Positions 1-12,608 are shown, counted from the stretch's first letter. The stretch: 64,000 bases of DNA from an uncultured Spirochaetota bacterium (GCA_963820525.1 CAWGAA010000001.1:1472001-1536000), one strand, 5' to 3'. The notes: generated by a model not told the origin, from the sequence alone. Made by a program: numbers and translations.

Positions 1-140
1 CTCTGGCCGCCCTTTCCCGGCGTTACGCCTCCCACAACCCTTGTTCCATACTCCCGCATCGAGAGGGCATGGAAAGAGCCGTCCCGGCCCGTGATCCCCT
101 GAACGATCACTCGCGTCGATTCTCCTATGAGGATGCTCAT
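1..140 (-). CDS. sucD: succinyl-CoA synthetase alpha subunit (5' part only, runs off window)
   Basis: Manual translation from ATG at 140 gives [25 protein letters not shown]...[10 protein letters not shown], the SucD CoA-binding N-terminus; ATGA overlap with the sucC stop. Confidence 0.93.
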   Translation of the reverse strand, partial: MSILIGESTRVIVQGITGRDGSFHALSMREYGTRVVGGVTPGKGGQ

Positions 141-1261
141 TTCGCCTCCGCCGCCTCCGCCCGGGCCACGACACCCTTCACCGCCTCCGTGAGATCGTCA
201 TAGGCGTCTATCCCCGCCTCGGAGAGAAGCGCTCTTCCCTCCTTTTCATTGGTGCCGATCAGGCGGATGACCAGGGGAACCGGGATGGAAAGCTGATTGC
301 GCGCCATGAGGATCCCGCGGGCGATGTCGTCGCAGCGGGTGATCCCCCCGAAGATGTTGATGAGGATGGCTTTCAGGCGGGGATTCCTGAGGATTATCCT
401 CAGGGCGTTCAACACTTTCTCCGGGCTCGAGCTTCCCCCCACGTCGAGGAAGTTTGCAGGGGATGCGCCGAAGTACTTGATGAGGTCCATCGTCGCCATG
501 GAAAGGCCCGCGCCATTGACGATGCAGCCGATGGTGCCGTCCAGGCCCACGAAGGAGAGGCCCTTCTCTTTGGCCTCCAGCTCGTCGGCGCCGTACTCCT
601 CGGGGCTTCGCATCGCCTCCAGCTCCGGGTGCCTGAACAGAGCGTTGTCGTCGAAGATGATCTTGGCGTCCGCGGCCACGAGACGGCCGTCCGGCGTCAA
701 GGCGCAGGGGTTGATTTCAACCAGCGAGCAGTCCTTTTCCCTGAAGAGCCGGTTCATCCGCGCCGCGAAATCGCGGGCCTGCTCCGCCGGCGCAGGGGGA
801 GCGAAGGCGCGCCGCAGCTCTGAAAAATCATCATCACGCACGGGGAAGCGGACGATGCGGCCCGGGTCATGGGCGGCAACTTCCTCGATCTCCATCCCCC
901 CGGAGGCGCTGGCGATGCACTGCACGCACTTTCCGGCGCGGTCCACGGCGAGGCCGAGGTAGTACTCGGCGGAAATCTCCACGGCCTCGGCTACGAGCAC
1001 CTGTCTGACCGTTATGCCCTTGATGGTCATGCCGAGGATCTCCGCCGCGCGCCTTTCGGCTTCCTCGGGGTTCGCCGCCCGCTTCACTCCCCCCGCCTTT
1101 CCGCGGCCGCCCACCAGCACCTGGGCTTTCACCATCACGGGCCGGCCGATCCCGGAGGCGATAGAGCGCGCCTCTTCGGGCGTAGAGGCGACGGCGCCGC
1201 GCGGCACGGGGATTCCGTGCTGCTTCAGCAGCTCCTTGGCCTGGTATTCGTAGATCTTCAT
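137..1261 (-). CDS. sucC: succinyl-CoA synthetase beta subunit
   Basis: MKIYEYQAK start, [37 protein letters not shown]; true start 1261 overlaps the mdh stop (ATGA). Confidence 0.96.
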   Translation of the reverse strand: MKIYEYQAKELLKQHGIPVPRGAVASTPEEARSIASGIGRPVMVKAQVLVGGRGKAGGVKRAANPEEAERRAAEILGMTIKGITVRQVLVAEAVEISAEYYLGLAVDRAGKCVQCIASASGGMEIEEVAAHDPGRIVRFPVRDDDFSELRRAFAPPAPAEQARDFAARMNRLFREKDCSLVEINPCALTPDGRLVAADAKIIFDDNALFRHPELEAMRSPEEYGADELEAKEKGLSFVGLDGTIGCIVNGAGLSMATMDLIKYFGASPANFLDVGGSSSPEKVLNALRIILRNPRLKAILINIFGGITRCDDIARGILMARNQLSIPVPLVIRLIGTNEKEGRALLSEAGIDAYDDLTEAVKGVVARAEAAEAK

Positions 1262-2181
1262 AGGCACTCCAGCTCCCGGATCCCCTTTCGAACCGCCTCC
1301 GCCGAGACGGCGAGTGCCCTCTTTTCCATTTCCGTGAGCGAAAGCTCCACGATCCTCTCCACGCCGTTTTTTCCTAATATCACCGGCACCCCGAGGAAGA
1401 TGTCCTTGAAACCATATTCGCCGCGCAGGTATGTGGAGGCGGGGAGGAGGCGCTTTTCGTCCTTGATGACCGCCTCCACCATTTTGGCCACAGAGGCCCC
1501 GGGAGCGTAGAACGCGCTTCCCGTCTTCAAAAGGCTCACGATCTCGGCGCCGCCGGAGCGCGTCCGGGAAACGAGGCTCTCGATGTCGGGCTTTCCGAGG
1601 AGCTGGTCGATGGGGATCCCGCCCACCGTGGTGTAGCTGGGAAGAGGCACCATCTCGTCCCCGTGGCCGCCCAGCACCATTGCCTGTACGTCCCCGGGCC
1701 ACACGCCCAGCCGCTCGGCGATGAAGGAGCGGAAACGCGTGGAGTCGAGCACCCCCGCCATTCCCACGACCTTCTTCAAGGCGAATCCGGTCTCGCGAAG
1801 GGCCGCCATGGCAATGATGTCCAGGGGGTTGGTCACGACGATGACCACGGCGTTGGGAGCATGCAGGGCAATGGCGCGCGCAGCATCCCGGGCGATGCCG
1901 ACGTTGATCTTGAGCAGATCCATGCGGTCCATTCCGGGCTTCCGGGCCACCCCGGCCGTGATCACGACCACGTCGCTTCCCTCGATCTGGGCGAAATCCG
2001 TCGTTCCCCGGATGCGCACCTCGTAGCCGCGCAGCGGCGCCGCATGGAGGAAGTCGAGCGCCTTACTTTGGGCGAGCCCCTCCACCACGTCCACCATGAC
2101 GATGTCGGCGATGTTCTTCTCCGCGATATAGTAGACCGCCTTGGCCCCGACGTTTCCGGCGCCGATCACGGACACTTTCAT
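1258..2181 (-). CDS. mdh: malate dehydrogenase (LDH-like)
   Basis: GAGNVG, RKPGMDRMDL, TNPLD, LDSTRF, GGHGD motifs. Confidence 0.95.
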   Translation of the reverse strand: MKVSVIGAGNVGAKAVYYIAEKNIADIVMVDVVEGLAQSKALDFLHAAPLRGYEVRIRGTTDFAQIEGSDVVVITAGVARKPGMDRMDLLKINVGIARDAARAIALHAPNAVVIVVTNPLDIIAMAALRETGFALKKVVGMAGVLDSTRFRSFIAERLGVWPGDVQAMVLGGHGDEMVPLPSYTTVGGIPIDQLLGKPDIESLVSRTRSGGAEIVSLLKTGSAFYAPGASVAKMVEAVIKDEKRLLPASTYLRGEYGFKDIFLGVPVILGKNGVERIVELSLTEMEKRALAVSAEAVRKGIRELECL

Positions 2182-3101
2182 GCGGCGCCTCCCCCCACCA
2201 TCGACGCCACTTTTCGCGCGGACTCATGGAATGCCGCGGTCTCTTCCGCCGTGAGCTCGGGTTTGAGCACGCGCGTCACCCCCTTCTCCCCGATCACCAC
2301 GGGAAGGCTCAAGGCGGCGCCGCTTTCCCCATACTCGCCGTCAAGAAGGATGGACAGGGGAAAGATCCGGTTGAGGTTCATGTGGATCGAGTCGGCAAGC
2401 TCCGCGATGGCGGCCGAGGGGGCATAGTAGGCGCTCGCCCTCTTGGCAAGCTCCACCACGAGGTCACCGGCGCTTTTCGTCTCCGCCACCAGCGCCGCGA
2501 TCCGCTCCGCCGGCAGGAGGAAGGGAAGCGGCACCCCCGATACGCTTGAGTAGCAGGGCAGGCAGATCATGTCGTCCGAGTGCCTGCCGATCACCATGGC
2601 GGAGACGATCTCCATGGAAAGGCCGAGCTCCCGGGAAATCAGAGCGCGAAAGCGCGTAGAGTCGAGGATTCCTCCCAGGCCCAGGACCCGCGTACGGGGC
2701 ATGCCCGATTCCGCCAAAAAAAGGGTCGTCAGCGGGTCCACAGGCTCCGTGGCGATGATGACGACCGATTCTGGGGCGAGCCTCGCGACCTTCGGGGCGA
2801 GCTCGCGAACCAACGGCGCATTGGCGCCGAAGAGATCCTCGCGTCGCATGCCGGGTTTCCTGATGGCCCCGGCCGCCAGGACAACCATCTGGGAGCCGCG
2901 GATGTCTTCGATGGAGTCGCTTCCCGAAAGCGAGTTCCTGTACCTGCGGATGGGAGCCGCCTCCGCGATATCCAGCGCCTTGCCCCTGGACAGACCGGGC
3001 TGAACGTCGCAGAGAAGCACGTCGGTGACTCCCTTCTCCGCGATGAAGAAGGCTGTGTTTGCCCCGACGTTCCCGCTTCCGATGATGCTCACCTTGGACA
3101 T
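2178..3101 (-). CDS. divergent malate dehydrogenase paralogue
   Basis: GSGNVG, RKPGMRREDL and LDSTRF are present, but TEPVD and GRHSD replace the canonical NPLD and GGHGD. Confidence 0.85.
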   Translation of the reverse strand: MSKVSIIGSGNVGANTAFFIAEKGVTDVLLCDVQPGLSRGKALDIAEAAPIRRYRNSLSGSDSIEDIRGSQMVVLAAGAIRKPGMRREDLFGANAPLVRELAPKVARLAPESVVIIATEPVDPLTTLFLAESGMPRTRVLGLGGILDSTRFRALISRELGLSMEIVSAMVIGRHSDDMICLPCYSSVSGVPLPFLLPAERIAALVAETKSAGDLVVELAKRASAYYAPSAAIAELADSIHMNLNRIFPLSILLDGEYGESGAALSLPVVIGEKGVTRVLKPELTAEETAAFHESARKVASMVGGGAA

Positions 3102-3226
3102 GTCATCCTCCCATCGCGGCGCTTCGGCGCGGCGTCTGCCTCACTTCGTTCGGCAAGCCGCACTGCGGCGGCTCCCAAGCGCGACAGCGCTCCTGAACGC
3201 CGCACCGCTGCCCTCGGCCGGCCTCA

Positions 3227-3289
3227 GCCATCCGTGGCCAGGGCCGGCTTCCGGCATCCCTGCCTCCGCCGGCTTTAGCCATCCATGGC
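3227..3289. repeat. three short REP-like palindromes (G[C/G]CATCC[C/G/A]TG[C/G]C) at about 25-bp spacing
   Basis: gccatccgtggc 3227-3238, ggcatccctgcc 3253-3264, gccatccatggc 3278-3289. Confidence 0.45.
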
Positions 3290-5194
3290 TAGATTGAGCA
3301 GGCCGCCGGCGAGGACGATCCGCCGGTGCCTGTCCGAAACCTCGAGCACCGTCTTCATCTCCGCGCCGTTCACGAAAACCGGGATCTCGCTGGCCCCTCC
3401 CTCGATCAGCTTCCTGATCCCGGGGATGGAAATCCTGTCGCCCTGGCGGATGCGCTCGTAATCCGCCGGGTCGGCGAAGACGAGCGGCACGATTCCGAAG
3501 TTGATGAGGTTGGACTTGTGGATCCGGGCGAAGCCCTTCACGATCTTCGCCCTCACCCCCAGGTAGCGCGGGGCGAGCGCAGCGTGCTCCCGCGAAGAGC
3601 CCTGGCCGTAGTTTTCTCCGCCCACCACAATCCCCCCGCCCTTCTCCCGCGCCCTCTTGGCGAATCCCTCGTCCGCGATGTCGAAGACGAAATCGGAGAT
3701 GGCGGGGATGTTGCTCCTGAAGGGGAGCACGCGGTTTCCCGCCGGCATGATGATGTCGGTTGAGATATCGTCGCCCACCTTGATGAGCACCTCGCCCTCG
3801 ATGTCATTTTCCAGCGCCGGGAAGCGGGGAAACGGCTGGATGTTGGGGCCGCGCACGATCTGGACCTTTTCGGGCTCCTTGGAAGGCATGATGAGCCAAT
3901 TGGGGTTGAAGGCGTAGCGCGCCGGGTACGGGATGGAAGGGTATGCCCCCAGGGTGCGGGGGTCAGTGATCCTTCCCGTCAGGGCCGAAGCCGCCGCAGT
4001 TTCCGGCGAGCAGAGGTACACGGCGTCGTCCTTGGTGCCGCTTCTTCCTTTATAGTTGCGCGGAAAGGTGCGAAGGGAGTTGGTCCCGCTGGCGGGGGCC
4101 TGCCCCATGCCGATGCAGCCGAGGCAGCCCGCCTCGGAGATCCTGGCCCCGGCATCCAGCAGGGCCTTGAGCCCTCCCATGGCCATCACGTTCTCGAGGG
4201 TCTGGCGGCTTCCCGGGTTGATGCTGAAGTCCACCGATGGGTTGCGCATCTTTCCCTCCACCGCCTTGGCCGCGATCATGAAGTCGCGGTAGCTTCCGTT
4301 GGTGGAGGAGCCGATGATGACCTGCTGGATCTCGACTCCCGAGAGCTCCGCCGCGCTCTTCACGTTGTCCGGGTTGGAGGGGCAGGCCACGAGCGGCTCC
4401 ACCGCTCCAAGGTCGATCTCGGTCACCTCGTCGAAACGGGGATAGGGCCCCTGGGAAAGCTCGACAAAGTCCTTTTCCCTGCCGTTCATGGCCAGGTACT
4501 TTCGCGTCACATCGTCGGAGGGAAAGACGCACGCCGTAAAGCCCATGTCCACGGCCATATTGGCCACGGTCCCGCGGGCGGCCATATCCATGGAGGCCAC
4601 CGCCGGGCCGAAGAACTCCAGGATCTTTCCCGTGCCCGCCTTCGCCGTGAAGCGCCTCAAGAGCTCCAGGATGAGGTCCTTGCCGGAGACCCAGGGCTGA
4701 AACTCCCCTTTTACCCGCACGCCCCAGATCGTGGGAGTCATGAGGTAGAAGGGCTTTCCCGCCATGGCCATGGCCACTTCGTTGCCCCCCGCGCCGATGG
4801 CGAGCATGCCCAGGCAGCCGCCCGTCGTCGTATGGCTGTCGGAACCGAGGAGGGTCTTTCCGGGAATGCCGAAGCGCTGGCGGTGAACATGGTGCGACAC
4901 GCCGTTTCCCGCCGGAGAGAGGATGACGCCGTAGCGGGAGGCCGCGGAGAAGAGGAAGCGGTGGTCGTCCGCATTCTTGAAATCGGTCTGGATGAGGTTG
5001 TGGTCGATGTAGCTCACGGCGAGCTCCGCCTTCACCCGGTCGATCCCGAGGGACTCGAACTCGAGGTAAGCCATGGTTCCCGTGGCGTCCTGGGTGAGAG
5101 TCTGGTCTATGCGCAGGCCGATCTCCCGTCCGGCGCGCGCTTCTCCCTCCACAAGGTGATCCCCGATTATCCTTCCCGCGACGGTGTCTTTCAT
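3275..5194 (-). CDS. aconitate hydratase (short, about 640 aa type)
   Basis: QTLTQDATGT, DHN, GSDSHT, CLGCIG, YGQGSSREHA; start MKDTVAG at 5194; first gene of a TCA operon. Confidence 0.9.
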   Translation of the reverse strand: MKDTVAGRIIGDHLVEGEARAGREIGLRIDQTLTQDATGTMAYLEFESLGIDRVKAELAVSYIDHNLIQTDFKNADDHRFLFSAASRYGVILSPAGNGVSHHVHRQRFGIPGKTLLGSDSHTTTGGCLGMLAIGAGGNEVAMAMAGKPFYLMTPTIWGVRVKGEFQPWVSGKDLILELLRRFTAKAGTGKILEFFGPAVASMDMAARGTVANMAVDMGFTACVFPSDDVTRKYLAMNGREKDFVELSQGPYPRFDEVTEIDLGAVEPLVACPSNPDNVKSAAELSGVEIQQVIIGSSTNGSYRDFMIAAKAVEGKMRNPSVDFSINPGSRQTLENVMAMGGLKALLDAGARISEAGCLGCIGMGQAPASGTNSLRTFPRNYKGRSGTKDDAVYLCSPETAAASALTGRITDPRTLGAYPSIPYPARYAFNPNWLIMPSKEPEKVQIVRGPNIQPFPRFPALENDIEGEVLIKVGDDISTDIIMPAGNRVLPFRSNIPAISDFVFDIADEGFAKRAREKGGGIVVGGENYGQGSSREHAALAPRYLGVRAKIVKGFARIHKSNLINFGIVPLVFADPADYERIRQGDRISIPGIRKLIEGGASEIPVFVNGAEMKTVLEVSDRHRRIVLAGGLLNLAMDG

Positions 5195-5416
5195 GCGTGT
5201 CCCCACTTTCTCCTGGCGCGGCGCCATGCGCCGCGCCAAAGGGGCCCCAGGGCGGCAGGCGTCGCAGCTACGCGAGACGCCGAGAGCCCTGGGGAACCAT
5301 TTCGGTATCTGACTTAAGTATAACAACGGACCCCCCCCGGCGCGAAATCGTTTCAATACGCTTCGCCGTGCGCGTGTTTGACTCCGCGCAATGGGCGGGA
5401 GTATTTTCTGATTGCG

Positions 5417-6148
5417 ATGCAGTCCCTCGGCCCCGAGACGATATTTCAATTTCTCGGATATCGAGTGACAAACACGCTCCTCGCCACGCTCCTTGTCGAT
5501 TGCATCCTGTTGACCATCGTCTTTCTCGTCCGCCGGAGGCTCTCCGCGGTCCCGGGGCCTCTCCAGGGCGTCGTCGAGGGATTCGTGGACTATATCGGTA
5601 CCACCACGGAACAGGTTGCCGGAGAGCGGGCCCCGATGATCTTCCCCTGGGTGGCCGTGTTCTTCATTTACATCCTCTTCTCGAATCTCCTGGGGCTCCT
5701 GCCGGGATTCGGCACGATCGGGTTCTTCCGCGCCGGGCGGCTGGTGCCCCTCCTGCACGCGAGCACCTCGGACCTGAACACGACACTCGCCCTGGCCGTG
5801 GTCTCGGTGATAGCGACGCACGTGCTGGCCATCCGCTCCACCGGGATCGCGGCGTACCTGAAACGCTTCTTCACGCTCAATCCCCTGCTCCTGTTCGTGG
5901 GGCTGCTGGAGATCGTATCCGAGCTGACCAAGTTTCTCTCATTCTCGTTCCGCCTCTTCGGCAACATCTCGGCGGGCGAGAGGGTGCTGGGGACCATCTC
6001 CTCTCTGGCCGCTTTCATCGTTCCAATCCCGTTTCTCGCGCTGGAAATCCTCGTGGGCGTCATCCAGGCAATGATATTCGCTCTGCTCACGATGGCCTTT
6101 ATGGCCATCCTGACGGAGCCGCATAAGAAGGAGGGCTCGAAAACATGA
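5417..6148 (+). CDS. atpB: F0 ATP synthase subunit a
   Basis: Hydrophobic protein with SFRLFGNI (essential Arg) and IQAMIF; first gene of the atp operon. Confidence 0.95.
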   Translation: MQSLGPETIFQFLGYRVTNTLLATLLVDCILLTIVFLVRRRLSAVPGPLQGVVEGFVDYIGTTTEQVAGERAPMIFPWVAVFFIYILFSNLLGLLPGFGTIGFFRAGRLVPLLHASTSDLNTTLALAVVSVIATHVLAIRSTGIAAYLKRFFTLNPLLLFVGLLEIVSELTKFLSFSFRLFGNISAGERVLGTISSLAAFIVPIPFLALEILVGVIQAMIFALLTMAFMAILTEPHKKEGSKT

Positions 6149-6357
6149 ACTTCAATTTGATCGCCCACGGCGGGATCATCGTCGCCATTGGAGGCATGCT
6201 GCCCGCTGTGGCCATCGGCCTTATCGGAATGAGGGCGATGGAGGCCCTCGGCCGGAACCCAGAGGCGTCCGGCCGAATCATCCCCGCGATGGTGCTGGCG
6301 ATGGCCTTTGCAGAGGCCATTGCAATCTACTCCCTCATCTTCGCTTTCGTGGGCTGA
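6145..6357 (+). CDS. atpE: F0 ATP synthase subunit c
   Basis: 70 aa hairpin with GRNPE loop and FAEAIAIY ion-binding Glu. Confidence 0.96.
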   Translation: MNFNLIAHGGIIVAIGGMLPAVAIGLIGMRAMEALGRNPEASGRIIPAMVLAMAFAEAIAIYSLIFAFVG

Positions 6358-6376
6358 AGGTCGGGCGCCGAAACAC

Positions 6377-6892
6377 ATGGAAACTCTCGGACGTTTCGGA
6401 CTGGATCCGGTCCTCTTCGCGGCCCAGCTCGTCAACTTCATCGTCATTGGGTACGTGTTGTGGCGCTTCCTCTTGAAGCCGCTCCTGGCAACGATGAAGA
6501 AGCGAAGCGACGCGATCTCCAAGGGCCTCGCCGATGCCGAGCAGGCTAAGCGGGACCTGGCGGATGCCGCGAAGGAGAGGGACAAGATCGTGGGAGAGGC
6601 GTACACGCGGGCCGCGGTCATTCTCGACAAGGCGCGGGCCGAGGCGGTACTGGCGCGCGCGGCAGTCGAGGATAGAGCGCGGCGGGACGCCGAGCGGATC
6701 CTGGTCGAGTCCCGCTCGCGCTTAGAGCTGGAGCGCCGCGAGGCGGAGCGGGCTGTGCAGGCCCTCGCCCTTGAGCTTTCCGGCCGCATCCTGGAGCAGG
6801 TCGTGTCCTCTCTTTTCTCCGGCGAAGAAAAGACACGGATCGTGGAGCGCGGGTTCGAGCGGATCAGGACCCTCGAACCGACAAGGCGATGA
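6377..6892 (+). CDS. atpF: F0 ATP synthase subunit b
   Basis: N-terminal TM (AQLVNF...FLLKPL) followed by a charged coiled coil. Confidence 0.93.
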   Translation: METLGRFGLDPVLFAAQLVNFIVIGYVLWRFLLKPLLATMKKRSDAISKGLADAEQAKRDLADAAKERDKIVGEAYTRAAVILDKARAEAVLARAAVEDRARRDAERILVESRSRLELERREAERAVQALALELSGRILEQVVSSLFSGEEKTRIVERGFERIRTLEPTRR

Positions 6893-7236
6893 AAAAGGTG
6901 AAAAGGCTCGCGCGTCTGACGCTCGCGGCCGGCGGGGAGGTGGACGAGCAGCTCGCCTCATTCATCCTGGGGCGGCTCACGAGAACCGAGCTCAAGGAGT
7001 ACCTCTTCGAGCTGCGGCGGGCGCTTGGCCGCCGGCGCGTGCTGGTGGCCGTCTCTGGCGAGACGGCACCTGCGCTCCTTGAGGAGCTGGAGCGTGAGTT
7101 CTCCGGCAGGCAGACCGTTGTGTCCAGGGACGAGAGCCTGGGCGGCGGGGTGCGCCTGAGAGCGGGAGACGACGTTATCGACGCGAGCGTGAAGGGCCTG
7201 TTCTCGGAGACTATGGACAGATTGAGGAAGGGATGA
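6889..7236 (+). CDS. atpH: F1 ATP synthase subunit delta (short, 115 aa)
   Basis: C-terminal DESLGGGVRLRAGDDVIDASV motif; lies between atpF and atpA. Confidence 0.88.
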   Translation: MKKVKRLARLTLAAGGEVDEQLASFILGRLTRTELKEYLFELRRALGRRRVLVAVSGETAPALLEELEREFSGRQTVVSRDESLGGGVRLRAGDDVIDASVKGLFSETMDRLRKG

Positions 7237-8750
7237 AGGCTGAAGAGCTGATTCGACAGATCGAGGAGAGGCTGGCACTCGTCGAGGTCCGTCCCGAAGT
7301 GGCCAATGTCGGGAAGGTCATCACCCTGGGCGACGGCATCGTGAAGGCGGACGGGCTTTCCCGCGCCGGCTACGGCGAGATCGTCGAATTCGAAGACGGC
7401 TCACGAGGCCTTGTGATGAACCTCGACCAGGATTTCGTCTCGATCCTGACGCTGGCTGAAGACCCCACCGTGAGGGAAAGCATGGAAGTGCGCACGACCG
7501 GCGAAATCCTCTCCATAGCCGTTTCAGAAAGCCTCATCGGCCGCGTCATAGACCCCTTCGGAAATCCCCTCGATGGAAAGCCCCTGACCCTTTCCGGCGG
7601 CGAGCCCTACCCCCTGGAACGGATCGCGCCGGGAGTGACGGAACGCCAGCCCGTGTCGGTGCCGCTGAAAACAGGCATCAAGGCGGTGGATACGCTTACG
7701 CCCATCGGCAGGGGCCAACGGGAGCTCATCATCGGAGACAGGAACACGGGAAAGACCGCGCTCGCCATCGACGCCATCATCAATCAACGCACCAAGGATC
7801 TGGGGCTTCCACAGGTGATCTGCGTCTACTGCGCCATGGGCCAGAAGCGGGGGAACATCGCGCGCACCGTGGCCAGGCTCCAGGAGGAAGGGGCCATGGC
7901 GTACACGATCGTGGTCGCCGCCAGCGCCTCGAACCCGGCCTCACGGCAGTACCTGGCCCCATTCGCCGCATGCGCCATCGCGGAGTACTTCATGCACCGG
8001 GGCGGCGACACGCTTGTCGTGTACGACGACCTTTCCAAGCACGCCTGGGCATACCGCCAGCTCTCCCTCCTGTTGCGCCGGCCGGCCGGCCGGGAGGCTT
8101 ACCCCGGAGACATCTTCTACCTCCACTCGCGGCTTCTGGAACGCGCGGCGCGCCTTTCCCCGGCCAAGGGCGGGGGATCGCTCACCGCGCTTCCCATCAT
8201 CGAGACCCAGGCGGGAGACGTATCGGCCTACATCCCGACCAACGTCATCTCCATCACGGACGGCCAGATCTACCTGGAGACCGACCTCTTCAATGCGGGA
8301 ATAAGGCCTGCCATCAACGCGGGCCTCTCCGTTTCGCGCGTGGGCGGCCAGGCCCAGACCCGGGCGTTCCGCCAGGTGGCCGGCCCCCTGCGTCTCGACC
8401 TCGCCCAGTACAGGTCGCTGGCCGCATTCTCCCAGTTCGGAAGCGACCTGGACGACGCCACCACGAAGCGCATCGCGCGGGGAAAGCGCCTCGTGGAGAG
8501 CCTCAAGCAGCCCCAGTTCAAGCCGCTGGACGAGGTATCCGAGATCATCGCCATCCACGCGGCCAGCTCCGGGCTCCTGGACGACCTGCCCTTGGAGAGA
8601 ATCGCGGCATTCGAAGGTCAGCTCATAGACTCGGTGCGCGCAGGCCACAAGCCCCTCGTGGAGAAGCTCGCCACGGGGGCCAAGGCGGAGGCGGAAACCC
8701 TTGACGAGCTCAACCGCGCCATAATTGAGCTGAAGACGGCGTTCCGATGA
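7233..8750 (+). CDS. atpA: F1 ATP synthase alpha subunit
   Basis: GRGQRELIIGDRNTGKT, PAGREAYPGD, VISITDGQIYL. Confidence 0.98.
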   Translation: MKAEELIRQIEERLALVEVRPEVANVGKVITLGDGIVKADGLSRAGYGEIVEFEDGSRGLVMNLDQDFVSILTLAEDPTVRESMEVRTTGEILSIAVSESLIGRVIDPFGNPLDGKPLTLSGGEPYPLERIAPGVTERQPVSVPLKTGIKAVDTLTPIGRGQRELIIGDRNTGKTALAIDAIINQRTKDLGLPQVICVYCAMGQKRGNIARTVARLQEEGAMAYTIVVAASASNPASRQYLAPFAACAIAEYFMHRGGDTLVVYDDLSKHAWAYRQLSLLLRRPAGREAYPGDIFYLHSRLLERAARLSPAKGGGSLTALPIIETQAGDVSAYIPTNVISITDGQIYLETDLFNAGIRPAINAGLSVSRVGGQAQTRAFRQVAGPLRLDLAQYRSLAAFSQFGSDLDDATTKRIARGKRLVESLKQPQFKPLDEVSEIIAIHAASSGLLDDLPLERIAAFEGQLIDSVRAGHKPLVEKLATGAKAEAETLDELNRAIIELKTAFR

Positions 8751-8772
8751 GACGTGAAAGCGGAGGGGATTG

Positions 8773-11454
<2,682 letters not shown>

Positions 11455-11456
11455 CG

Positions 11457-11485
11457 GGCGGGGGGCCGCGGGGCGGCCCCCCGCC
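11457..11485 (+). terminator. perfect 13-bp GC hairpin after atpC (no U-tract)
   Basis: ggcggggggccgc-ggg-gcggccccccgcc. Confidence 0.55.
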
Positions 11486-11567
11486 GCCACGCTGGTACTA
11501 CTTGTGTTTGACCTACCGACGGCCCACTAGGATATTCTTCCTAGGTGAAAAAGAAGGGAGGCGGGCA

Positions 11568-12272
11568 ATGAAAGAAAAAAGCGGCTCGCAGAGTATTCTC
11601 GATACTTCACTGCCTGAAACAACGGAAGCGATGCAGCATTACCTCCTGGGTGAATGGGAGGAGGCGAGCGAGGGGTTCAAAAAGCTCATCCAGCGGGATC
11701 CCTCCAATTACTTCTATTATTTTATCCTTGGAGAGATCCTCTACGCCATGGGAGGCCTGGAAGAGGCCGTCCGAAACTACCTCCAGGCTCTGGAGAGAAA
11801 GCCCGATTTCGGCGTGGCCTACTACAAGATGGGGGTCTGCTACTACCGCATGGGCCAGCTGGAGAAGAGCCTGGAAAGCTTTTCCGCCATCCTTTCCATG
11901 AAAGACCAGAGCCATGCCATGGCGAGCTACTTCTTCGGAATCATCAACCTCTTCCTCGGAAACGACGAAGCGGCCGAGAAGGGGTTCAAGATGCTGCGGG
12001 GAGAATCCCGGGAGTCCCTGATCTCCAACTTCTACCTGGCGCTGTTGAAAATGAAGCAGATGCTCTTCGGCGAGGCAGTGGCGCTCCTCGACGAGCTGTT
12101 GAAGGCCACGCCCAACCTCGCCGAGGTCCACTTCATGAAGGGAACCGCCTACATGGCCATGCACAAGAACCTGGAGGCCATTGCCAGCTTCAGGAAGACC
12201 CTCGAGCTCAATCCCAATGACAAGCGGGCCAAGGCGAACATGGAGCTGCTGACTGAAGTGCCGCCGCCGTAA
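11568..12272 (+). CDS. tetratricopeptide repeat protein
   Basis: Several TPR-like repeats (LGEILYAMG, AYYKMGVCYY, ALELNP-type ends). Confidence 0.88.
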   Translation: MKEKSGSQSILDTSLPETTEAMQHYLLGEWEEASEGFKKLIQRDPSNYFYYFILGEILYAMGGLEEAVRNYLQALERKPDFGVAYYKMGVCYYRMGQLEKSLESFSAILSMKDQSHAMASYFFGIINLFLGNDEAAEKGFKMLRGESRESLISNFYLALLKMKQMLFGEAVALLDELLKATPNLAEVHFMKGTAYMAMHKNLEAIASFRKTLELNPNDKRAKANMELLTEVPPP

Positions 12273-12304
12273 TCCGCCGAGACGCCTCTTTGGCCGCCTC
12301 AGCG

Positions 12305-12500
12305 GGTGGAACCGCGCGGTGAGAAACTCGACCGGCAGAATGATGGTCTCCCCGCTCTGGTCTCCCTTGATCATGCGGAAAACGCTCTCCACCGCGGTTT
12401 TTCCCATCCGCTCTATGTCCTGACGAATCGTGGAGAGCGGGGGCATCAGGAGCTCGCCGGGGCGGATGCAACATCCTTGACCCCGATGAGGTCGTGATCG
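12305..12500 (-). pseudogene. remnant of a LacI-family regulator C-terminus
   Basis: PPLSTIRQDIERMGKTAV...IILPVEF, with frameshifted flanks and no HTH domain. Confidence 0.7.
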
Positions 12501-12608
12501 GCGGCGCGCGGCTCGCCATGGACAGGCTCCCGCTCGGGATGAAGAATCGGGGAGACGCGCAGTGAGGCAGCCGTCGAAAAGGGAGGCATTTCCGTACGGG
12601 AGGAGTCT

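Noticed and set aside
1262..1702. N-terminal extension of sucC in the 521-aa ORF
   Set aside because: Overlaps mdh in another frame; homology starts at MKIYEYQ (1261)
5195..5821. N-terminal extension of aconitase in the 848-aa ORF
   Set aside because: Antisense to atpB; homology starts at MKDTV (5194)
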